Origin: an uncultured virus (IMG/VR IMGVR_UViG_3300025809_000015)
Taxonomy: Duplodnaviria > Heunggongvirae > Uroviricota > Caudoviricetes
IMG/VR virus record: IMGVR_UViG_3300025809_000015
Strand: one strand, 5' to 3'
DNA: 20,000 nt
In this document: in pieces, positions 9,793 through 16,613 of the stretch
Layout: each line of letters begins with the position of its first letter
Position numbering within the stretch: position 1 is the first letter of the stretch
Notes under the pieces: generated by a model
The model's input: only the letters and a program-made list of their open reading frames with translations
Database searches by the model: none
What the model was told of the DNA's origin: nothing
Translations under genes and position numbers: made by a program

Positions 9793-9830
9793 TTATATGC
9801 ACAAACTCAAAGTTTGTTTACAAATATATA
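9793..9830. promoter_or_regulatory. Divergent promoter region: leftward TAAAC-N17-ATATAA, rightward AATATATA, central palindrome
   Basis: ACAAACT-CAA-AGTTTGT at 9801-9817 and AATATATA at 9823-9830. Confidence 0.55.
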
Positions 9831-9847
9831 AACAAATAAAACTAATT

Positions 9848-10300
9848 ATGAGTAAGATACCAGAGTTCGATAAATTTAATGAAACTATCGTTGCAGCAGG
9901 TTTTGGTCAAATGGGAATCAATAATTTTGCACTAGGTGGAGCAACACCACAAACAGGTTATAGTATGACTCCGATAGCCGGTATAGTAGAATCATGTTCA
10001 AATCATGTAGCACAAGAAGCAGATACTTATGAAAAAAATGATAATGACGAACATAAAGCCGATTCATATCTTAAAGAAGCTAAGAAGCATATTAATGAAG
10101 CAATAGATAAAGCTTATGAATCTTATTCTGCTACTAATGAAGCAATGGTTCAGGTTGCAGGAAAAGATAAACCATCAGGAGCTAAAGTATTAGCATCTGT
10201 TATTGTAGATCATTTAATGGATAAGAAACTTGTTACAAGAGCAGGTGAGAAAAAACTTACAGCTGAAATTCAAGATCTAATAATTAAATCAACATTTTAA
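9848..10300 (+). CDS. Hypothetical protein, putative capsid-internal protein
   Basis: Likely start MSKIPEFDKFNE at 9848, after the late-type motif. Confidence 0.75.
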   Translation: MSKIPEFDKFNETIVAAGFGQMGINNFALGGATPQTGYSMTPIAGIVESCSNHVAQEADTYEKNDNDEHKADSYLKEAKKHINEAIDKAYESYSATNEAMVQVAGKDKPSGAKVLASVIVDHLMDKKLVTRAGEKKLTAEIQDLIIKSTF

Positions 10301-10301
10301 T

Positions 10302-10757
10302 ATGGCAAGCATAGACTTAATACCAGGATTTGAATCCTTTAATGAAAATGACAATACTATTGACAATCTTAATAGTATGGCAAATACTGATTTAGAAAGA
10401 ATTGGTGATTACGCAGATATGATTAAAGATAGGATGTCACAAGGCCAACAATTGGATGCTTGGATGTATTCTAAAATTTCAGACTCGGTTAAAAATCTAA
10501 ATTCAGTTCATGATACTATGGATGGTAAAGATGGAATTGATGAAGCAGAGAAACATGAATTTAATCCAAATGAAACTGCTGAAAGATTAAAGAGAAGAGA
10601 ACAACAAAATATTGAAAGGTTCAGAGCTGCACAAGATAGAGAAGATCCTTTTGCTGTTCAATATTATCAATTAAGAATATCTTTAGATAAGATGGATTTA
10701 CAAAGATTAAAAGTCCAAACACAAATTCATCAGCTTAAACAAAAATACAAAAAGTAA
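10302..10757 (+). CDS. Hypothetical protein, putative capsid-internal protein
   Basis: MASIDLIPGFESFNE leader; LDAWMYSKIS helix. Confidence 0.75.
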   Translation: MASIDLIPGFESFNENDNTIDNLNSMANTDLERIGDYADMIKDRMSQGQQLDAWMYSKISDSVKNLNSVHDTMDGKDGIDEAEKHEFNPNETAERLKRREQQNIERFRAAQDREDPFAVQYYQLRISLDKMDLQRLKVQTQIHQLKQKYKK

Positions 10758-11092
10758 TGATAAGTAATTTTAATAGCTTTTTAAATGAAAAGAATTTCCA
10801 GGTTGTAATTCCTCATAAAGAAAAAGGTTCTGTTGTAGCCAACTTTAAAGCTATGCCTGGATCTACAAGAGATACTGCAGGTAAACTTATTCTAATGGCT
10901 AGAGATTCTAAAGCTTTAGATCAATTGGAAGGATTACCTAATTTTCATATACAGCAAAATTTAGAAGATGCTCTTAATAAAGAATTTAAAAGAGAAGGAA
11001 TAATTGAATTTAGAACTGATGCCGGATATCCTGGTGCAGGTTATGCATTTGATTTAATTCTTGATAAAATAGTAAAAAGATTAAACAGATAA
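10757..11092 (+). CDS. Hypothetical protein, putative capsid-internal protein
   Basis: MISNFNSFLNE leader; TAATG coupling. Confidence 0.75.
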   Translation: MISNFNSFLNEKNFQVVIPHKEKGSVVANFKAMPGSTRDTAGKLILMARDSKALDQLEGLPNFHIQQNLEDALNKEFKREGIIEFRTDAGYPGAGYAFDLILDKIVKRLNR

Positions 11093-11322
11093 TGGACCCA
11101 CAAGAAACTAAAGATGAAAATGCAATAAGACATTACAAAGGGAGCGTTGCTCAGTTTAAACAAATGTTTGATGATTTAGCGGATGGCAAAAATACCAACG
11201 CTTATGATACCCCAGAATACCAAGGATATGATGGTGTACATCCAGTAAGAGGTGAAATAAAAAGTCCACACTGGGAAGAGACTAATGAAAACCACATCCC
11301 ATTATTTAAGAATTTTAAATAA
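11092..11322 (+). CDS. Hypothetical protein
   Basis: 76 aa, TAATG coupling; ends TNENHIPLFKNFK. Confidence 0.7.
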   Translation: MDPQETKDENAIRHYKGSVAQFKQMFDDLADGKNTNAYDTPEYQGYDGVHPVRGEIKSPHWEETNENHIPLFKNFK

Positions 11323-11357
11323 ACTAAAAAAGACCACTCAATGAGTGGCCTTTTAGT
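11323..11357. terminator. Probable bidirectional intrinsic terminator
   Basis: ACTAAAAAAGA-CCACTC-AAT-GAGTGG-CCTTTTAGT hairpin flanked by A and T tracts, between convergent genes. Confidence 0.8.
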
Positions 11358-11371
11358 CTTATAGCTTTTTA

Positions 11372-11884
11372 TTATTTAAGCTTAATATACTTCTTTTTAT
11401 TTTGAATATACATTTCTCCAATCGGAGCCTCTACTAATTGTCTACCTAATACATTAAATATCCTATAGTCAACTTTTTCGGTAGAAGTTAATTCCTCTAT
11501 GTTAGTTGGATTACCCATTCTATTATAAGCTACCCAAGTACTATCAGTTAAATCATAGATTAATGAATCACAATGATTACATAAAGTAGCAGTTCCAAAC
11601 CAATATACAATAGCATCATAACATAATTTAACTGTGTCTGTCATATTGATTAGTGGAAATGAATAAGGGTTATTACCTTGTGGTGTATAGCATGTTATTG
11701 CATTACATGCTGTAAAGTTCCAATCTATAGAATCTATCATATTAGGGGATAGTCCATTAGTACTCCCAGACACCATTAAAGGTAAACCTTCCATTGAGGT
11801 ATATGATAATGAGTCACATAAATTGTTTTGTGCTTGTAATTGTAGGCCAAGCGAAACCATTAACATCCATAAAATCTTCTTCAT
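11372..11884 (-). CDS. Secreted protein with Sec signal peptide and T9SS-like C-terminal sorting motif
   Basis: MKKILWMLMVSLGLQLQA|Q signal; Cys-rich body; PTNIEE linker; C-terminus IFNVLGRQL...GEMYIQNKKKYIKLK. Confidence 0.75.
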   Translation of the reverse strand: MKKILWMLMVSLGLQLQAQNNLCDSLSYTSMEGLPLMVSGSTNGLSPNMIDSIDWNFTACNAITCYTPQGNNPYSFPLINMTDTVKLCYDAIVYWFGTATLCNHCDSLIYDLTDSTWVAYNRMGNPTNIEELTSTEKVDYRIFNVLGRQLVEAPIGEMYIQNKKKYIKLK

Positions 11885-11898
11885 CTTTTTTTGTTTAA

Positions 11899-11925
11899 TT
11901 ATATAGAGAGCTTAATTTTTGTTTA
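11899..11925 (-). promoter_or_regulatory. Class B putative promoter TAAAC-N16-ATATAA
   Basis: TAAACAAAAATTAAGCTCTCTATATAA upstream of 11884; similar to the element upstream of 9778. Confidence 0.45.
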
Positions 11926-11952
11926 GGTTCAACTCTCGAGAACCTTATAACT

Positions 11953-12390
11953 TCAAGAGTAAGTTATTTCTATATTTCCACCAGTATGATCCATCACCCA
12001 TATGTTTTCTTTTATCATTTTTTGAGCATGCAAGATTTCTGCTTGATATTCATTCCAATCTTCTTCAGCTGTAATCTGATCTTTTAAATCTTGAGCTATT
12101 TTAAGAGCTTCATCAATTGCATATTGACCAACATCACAACCTGCTGGAACTGTATGACCTTTGTACCTACCCATACCTGCGGTCTTTTTAGATTTAGGCT
12201 CTACTAGTCTTAATTCAGATCCTATAAATTCTGCAATAAGTTTTGAGCTAGCATAAATTTCTTTTACTGCTTTTCTGTCTGGCATTAAGTCATTTTCACT
12301 TTCCATAATTTTTGCTATGTATGCCTTTGGGTAATCAACATCGTATTCAGTTTCTTTCCCATTCATATATACTACTTTTACTATTACCAT
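11953..12390 (-). CDS. Hypothetical protein
   Basis: 145-aa ORF in an operon context. Confidence 0.7.
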   Translation of the reverse strand: MVIVKVVYMNGKETEYDVDYPKAYIAKIMESENDLMPDRKAVKEIYASSKLIAEFIGSELRLVEPKSKKTAGMGRYKGHTVPAGCDVGQYAIDEALKIAQDLKDQITAEEDWNEYQAEILHAQKMIKENIWVMDHTGGNIEITYS

Positions 12391-12393
12391 ATC

Positions 12394-12909
12394 TTATAAA
12401 TTTAATGTTACATAATTTTGAACTTTCTTCCAATAATGAGCAGTTGCAGATTTCTTGTATCCTTTAGGCCCACCGTTCCAATTCCTAGCCATCTTTTCAT
12501 AGGAACTTTTTAAGTGATAAGCATCAGCCCAGATATTAAACATCTCAATTGATAAATCACCACTCTTTCTATCACTATTTTTAAATCTTTTATCTAATCC
12601 TTGTTTTCTTAGTATCCTATTTACTTCTCTAACCATAATAGGCCTGATTTGTAAAAGTCCTACTGAAGGTGTGCCTAAATTAATATCTCCAATTGTTGCA
12701 GGATTACCACCGCTTTCTACAAAAGCCATAGCTTCTATTAACTCTTCTCGGTTATCTATCTTTCCGTTGATGAGGTTAACTTCTTCCTCCATAATTTCAT
12801 TAAACATTTCAACCTCCTCCTTTAAAACATCTTGTACATGACTTTGTGCAATCTCCTGTGAACCCGTCATAGTTACTAAAAACGTTGATACTAATAAAAC
12901 ATTTTTCAT
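12394..12909 (-). CDS. Lysozyme-like / lytic transglycosylase (SLT / i-type-like) with hydrophobic N-terminus
   Basis: Catalytic VESGGN, GLLQI, RNWNGGP.G...YWKKV; likely start MKNVLLV at 12909 via TAATG overlap. Confidence 0.85.
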   Translation of the reverse strand: MKNVLLVSTFLVTMTGSQEIAQSHVQDVLKEEVEMFNEIMEEEVNLINGKIDNREELIEAMAFVESGGNPATIGDINLGTPSVGLLQIRPIMVREVNRILRKQGLDKRFKNSDRKSGDLSIEMFNIWADAYHLKSSYEKMARNWNGGPKGYKKSATAHYWKKVQNYVTLNL

Positions 12910-13451
12910 TATCTGTATATTTTTGAGTTTTTCCAATTTCTAAATGCATGAGTTACTTCTTCATCTAAAGTTTCATCTCTAACAACCTCTTTCTTTTTTG
13001 GTAAGGGTAATAATGTATCTATTATTGTTTTAAGATTATAAAGATGCTTAGAATTAATTAACTTACTATCATATTGCTGTTGTGCATATTTTAAACACTT
13101 TTCGCGATTTTCTAAATCAATTAATTCTCCTACTCTTTTTAATGCTCTTTGGTAATCTTCTTCAGTTGGTACTCTCCATACTGCAACATTACCAAGTGAT
13201 GTAATTTTAGTTGCACCGCCGCTTCCACCTTTCATACCTGCCATGATCCCAAAACCGCTTCTCTTAGCAAGTTTGTTTATCTTATCAGCAGATTCTTTAT
13301 CCATGATTTGAATTGTATTTCCTGTTTTATGATAGATAACATCAACACAACTAACTGCCTCAGCAGTTGAGCAGTTAACACAAACTTTAGTTTTAGGTAA
13401 AACTTTTAGTCTTGCAGCATGAATCTCTTCTTTACATTTAATACAATTCAT
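12909..13451 (-). CDS. TraR/DksA C4-type zinc-finger protein with C-terminal extension
   Basis: CIKC.EEI...RL..LP.T..CVNC at the N-terminus. Confidence 0.75.
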   Translation of the reverse strand: MNCIKCKEEIHAARLKVLPKTKVCVNCSTAEAVSCVDVIYHKTGNTIQIMDKESADKINKLAKRSGFGIMAGMKGGSGGATKITSLGNVAVWRVPTEEDYQRALKRVGELIDLENREKCLKYAQQQYDSKLINSKHLYNLKTIIDTLLPLPKKKEVVRDETLDEEVTHAFRNWKNSKIYR

Positions 13452-13756
13452 TATCTACACTTAACAGTTGATATCTTTGAAGTTCCAGTATTAATCATAT
13501 TTACAACTGCGCCCCAATTTTGATCATCAGCTTCCCATTCAATATCATGAGGAGTATGTTTCATAGACCAATTGCTAAGTGAATGTCCATTTCCGTTCAT
13601 TTTAAAATCACCATCAGAATTCTTTTTGAATTTTAGGAAGTGTTTGTTATCACACATGCAGCTAATAGTTTCAAAAATAACTTCTCTTAGATTTTCACTG
13701 TCGTAAAGTTCTGTAAATATTGGTGGGTTTTGTAATAGTTCTTGATACTTACTCAT
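13451..13756 (-). CDS. Hypothetical protein
   Basis: 101-aa ORF, first gene after a class A promoter. Confidence 0.75.
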   Translation of the reverse strand: MSKYQELLQNPPIFTELYDSENLREVIFETISCMCDNKHFLKFKKNSDGDFKMNGNGHSLSNWSMKHTPHDIEWEADDQNWGAVVNMINTGTSKISTVKCR

Positions 13757-13784
13757 GTTTTATTTTTTAATTATTAATATAGTA

Positions 13785-13849
13785 TAAATATAATCAATTT
13801 TTCGCGATTGTAGCCATACTTCTCTAATTATTTTTAAAAGTTATTAACA
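13785..13849 (-). promoter_or_regulatory. Class A promoter variant with upstream TGTTAATAACTT element
   Basis: TAAATATA at 13785-13792 and AAGTTATTAACA at 13838-13849; the upstream hexamer is degenerate. Confidence 0.65.
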
Positions 13850-13851
13850 AT

Positions 13852-14190
13852 TTATTTAAAGATTGTACCAACTAAATTAATTGCAATCTCTTCTAACTTA
13901 GTTGGGGTTCTACCAGACCACATGTTGTTTTCTTCTAAGTCACAAGCCCAATCATTAAGAGGCTGTCTTAAAAATAAAATGTCTACATGGTCTACTACAA
14001 ACTGTTTAACTTCTGCACCGTTAGGTAATCTACATTCAAATGCTAATAGTGAATATGCCGCATAGTTATATCTAATTGCTAGTAGATGAAAACCCCAAGA
14101 GTTATCTCCATCATGTAATTGTAAGTCAAGCAGTCTTATTGATAAATTCCACTTTCTAGTTAACCATGCTATCTTTTGTAATATTTTCAT
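13852..14190 (-). CDS. Hypothetical protein
   Basis: 112-aa ORF. Confidence 0.7.
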   Translation of the reverse strand: MKILQKIAWLTRKWNLSIRLLDLQLHDGDNSWGFHLLAIRYNYAAYSLLAFECRLPNGAEVKQFVVDHVDILFLRQPLNDWACDLEENNMWSGRTPTKLEEIAINLVGTIFK

Positions 14191-14195
14191 TTTCT

Positions 14196-14483
14196 TTAAT
14201 TTAATTTTTGTAAAACATTTTCAATTTCTTCTTTTGATACCCACCCTGCAACAAGCTCTTCACCACAATCAATATATTTACTTGTAACAAAACCACCACC
14301 CTTACCATTTTCAAATATTCCTACTTCAAATGAACAGTACTCAGTGGAGTCTAGACCATCTTCTCGTGGGGTGCTATAGACAAAACTACCAGCCTGAATA
14401 CTTATAGTTACATCTTTAAATTTTGCAGTGGTTCCAACACCACCATGGGTTTGTTTTTTAAATTTTAAATCTTTAAATTCCAT
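14196..14483 (-). CDS. Hypothetical phage protein
   Basis: 95 aa; ISIQAG...YSTPR...FEVGI...VAGWV pattern. Confidence 0.72.
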   Translation of the reverse strand: MEFKDLKFKKQTHGGVGTTAKFKDVTISIQAGSFVYSTPREDGLDSTEYCSFEVGIFENGKGGGFVTSKYIDCGEELVAGWVSKEEIENVLQKLN

Positions 14484-14492
14484 ATCTTTATT

Positions 14493-15074
14493 TTAAAAGT
14501 CACCAGGAGCTACTTGAAAACAGCTTAAGCCGTTATCCCTCCACATATTTACTACTTTAGTTCTATCATCAAATACACAAAGTATTCTATCCTTTTTATC
14601 ACCAGGAAATATATCATCCAACCAACCTTGCTTTAACTTATCATCTGGCATAAATGCCCACGGATGGCCAGTCGGTCTCATCTTCATTATATTAAATGGA
14701 ACATTATGTTTATCCAACCATGCGGCTGTCGCATCTTTAGTAGCTTTACTCCTTCCTGAGAATATAACAATAGTAAACCCTTGTGCATCTAAAGTTTTTG
14801 CCATTTCAATAACTGAGTGGTTAGGTAAATCTAATTTAATATTATCAGGATCAAAAAATGTATCCCAATCCATTTTGCCATTTGATTTAGTAGAGAGTTT
14901 TCTCCTATCATCAATAAGAGCAAGAGTACCGTCTAGGTCAAATATTACTACGTCTTTTTTCATATCTTTTGTTTTAATTGGTTGTGCATACCATAAAGGG
15001 TTTGGAAGTTCGGAATAATGATCCCATAACTTTTCCTCCAAAACATTAATGGTTATGTCGTTATCTAAATCCAT
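14493..15074 (-). CDS. HAD 3'-phosphatase resembling the T4 PseT/Pnkp phosphatase domain (alternative start 14963)
   Basis: FDLDGTLA, FSGR, MRP...D..LK, FDDR..VV.MWR..GL.CFQVA.GDF. Confidence 0.88.
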   Translation of the reverse strand: MDLDNDITINVLEEKLWDHYSELPNPLWYAQPIKTKDMKKDVVIFDLDGTLALIDDRRKLSTKSNGKMDWDTFFDPDNIKLDLPNHSVIEMAKTLDAQGFTIVIFSGRSKATKDATAAWLDKHNVPFNIMKMRPTGHPWAFMPDDKLKQGWLDDIFPGDKKDRILCVFDDRTKVVNMWRDNGLSCFQVAPGDF

Positions 15075-15178
15075 TTTATTATTGTGAACAATAAAATTGT
15101 TGTATATAGACAGATTGCAAAAATCATTACAATATCTATAGATTCAATATTCTTTAAGTATTTTTTCATTGCTTTCAT
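15065..15178 (-). CDS. Small membrane protein (37 aa)
   Basis: MKAMKKYLKNIESIDIVMIFAICLYTTILLFTIIKWI; fills the gap between genes; not in the ORF track. Confidence 0.6.
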   Translation of the reverse strand: MKAMKKYLKNIESIDIVMIFAICLYTTILLFTIIKWI

Positions 15179-15179
15179 A

Positions 15180-15620
15180 TTACTCTGATTCATTAGCCCA
15201 TTCATTATCTAAATCAGCAGAGCATTCAATTACAGTACCTGAACTGTTTGCATGACTAATCATATCATCACAGAGTTTATTTAGGTTTTCTAATGTACCT
15301 TCAAATCCAGGTATATCATTTGTTGCATATTTCCCTTCATTGTTAAACTGATCCCTTATTTCTTTAGTAAGTTCTGCTACAGAGATTTCCTCGTCGCCGA
15401 TAAAGTCAACTTCATGTTCTCTATATTCATATTTAGCATGTTCATTGCTTTTTGCAGATACAAGGTTTGAACAAACCTCTTTTAGATTGTCACAGTACGT
15501 AATCATATCACCTTCAATATCCTTGATGATAAATGTTTGCCCACCTTTTGGTTTCCAATGTGGAGTTTGAGTGTCTGAGTAATTTTCGTAGTACTGAGTA
15601 AAAATTCTTAATGTTGCCAT
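15180..15620 (-). CDS. Hypothetical phage protein
   Basis: TQYYENY...PHWKPKGG N-terminus; first gene after a class A promoter. Confidence 0.78.
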   Translation of the reverse strand: MATLRIFTQYYENYSDTQTPHWKPKGGQTFIIKDIEGDMITYCDNLKEVCSNLVSAKSNEHAKYEYREHEVDFIGDEEISVAELTKEIRDQFNNEGKYATNDIPGFEGTLENLNKLCDDMISHANSSGTVIECSADLDNEWANESE

Positions 15621-15650
15621 AGTTCCGTTTTTGTTTTAATTATTATAATA

Positions 15651-15716
15651 TAAATATAAACAATTTATTCGAATTCTGAACCATAAATTCACGTTATTTT
15701 CAAAAAGTTATTAACA
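15651..15716 (-). promoter_or_regulatory. Class A promoter with upstream TGTTAATAACTT element
   Basis: TAAATATA at 15651-15658, TCTGAA at 15675-15680, AAGTTATTAACA at 15705-15716. Confidence 0.8.
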
Positions 15717-16058
15717 ATTTTTAAACCTTTTGATTAGAGTTTCATCGTTAGGATTATTTTTAAGATCTTTAATTAGCAATTCTGCATATGCAAAGGAAAT
15801 TTCATTTCTTTTAACTTCTTCTAAAACACCACATGTAAATTCTTTACATTTGGATGGGCGGTTTTCATAAATCTTGCATAAATTACAGTTGTCTAACTGT
15901 TCACAGCCACCTGGGACTTGCCAGGAAAAACCAAAGTTAGTTTTTTCCTTTACAACATTTTTAAATAAATGATGTTTTGATTCTTCGACATATACACCTG
16001 GCCATAATGTACCATTACAGCATAAGCCACAATCTAAACATAAATCAGTTGCTTTCAT
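15711..16058 (-). CDS. YkgJ-family cysteine-cluster (Zn/Fe-chelating) protein
   Basis: CLDCGLCC ... C..L....C.IYENRPSKC..F.C. Confidence 0.85.
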   Translation of the reverse strand: MKATDLCLDCGLCCNGTLWPGVYVEESKHHLFKNVVKEKTNFGFSWQVPGGCEQLDNCNLCKIYENRPSKCKEFTCGVLEEVKRNEISFAYAELLIKDLKNNPNDETLIKRFKNC

Positions 16059-16240
16059 TTATTATTTTGCTTCTGCTGGTATATTGCTTTTTGTTTTTGC
16101 TTTCTTTTAGTTTCGGAAGGTTTAACAAATTCTTTTCTTGCTTTAATATCTTTAAGGAGCCTAGTCTCTCTACATTTTCTTTTGTACTTTTTTAATACTT
16201 TGTCGATTGATTCTTTTTCTCCTTTTTTGATTATTAGCAT
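16055..16240 (-). CDS. rpsU: Ribosomal protein bS21 (Bacteroidota type)
   Basis: MLII....ESIDKVLKKYKRK......K....RKEFVKPS..KR....KA.Y; 61 aa, very basic. Confidence 0.92.
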   Translation of the reverse strand: MLIIKKGEKESIDKVLKKYKRKCRETRLLKDIKARKEFVKPSETKRKQKQKAIYQQKQNNK

Positions 16241-16276
16241 ATTTAAGTTTTTGTTTTTATATTTATTAGATTAAGG

Positions 16277-16353
16277 TCGGGAAGATGGGACTTGAACCCA
16301 TATGTAACCAATTACTCTTTCTACAAGGTATAAGCTTGAGGAGATACATCCCG
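16277..16353 (-). ncRNA. tRNA-like RNA lacking a canonical D arm, with UAU anticodon-like loop
   Basis: CGGGATG/CTTCCCG acceptor plus A-CC; CAAG-CTTATAC-CTTG arm; GTAA-TTGG-TTAC hairpin; ATGGG-TTCAAGT-CCCAT T arm. Confidence 0.8.
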
Positions 16354-16361
16354 AGTCGCGG

Positions 16362-16435
<74 letters not shown>

Positions 16436-16441
16436 AGATGA

Positions 16442-16612
16442 TTAGGATGTTATAACTGCTATTATTAGTGTAACAGCTAATCCTATGATTGCAATAAAAG
16501 CTCCTATATAACTAGCTCTTAATTGTTCCTTAGATCTTCCTTGTCTATACATATTATTTTCTTTAATCTTTTTCAAGTATTCTTTACCGTTATTTGCAAA
16601 ATGATTCATCAT
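16442..16612 (-). CDS. Small membrane protein (56 aa; alternative start 16552)
   Basis: MMNHF...MYRQGRSKEQLRASYIGAFIAIIGLAVTLIIAVITS; not in the ORF track. Confidence 0.65.
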   Translation of the reverse strand: MMNHFANNGKEYLKKIKENNMYRQGRSKEQLRASYIGAFIAIIGLAVTLIIAVITS

Positions 16613-16613
16613 A

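Noticed and set aside
9797..9847. Track start of the 167-aa ORF at 9797 (and 9802 on the minus strand)
   Set aside because: Both extensions run through the divergent promoter region; ATGs at 9848 (+) and 9778 (-) fit the motifs better.
16277..16353. tmRNA, Y RNA (YrlA) or intron-containing tRNA interpretation
   Set aside because: Too short for tmRNA and lacks a tag ORF and G3-U70; the arm order with free acceptor ends does not fit YrlA; removing a segment does not restore a D arm.
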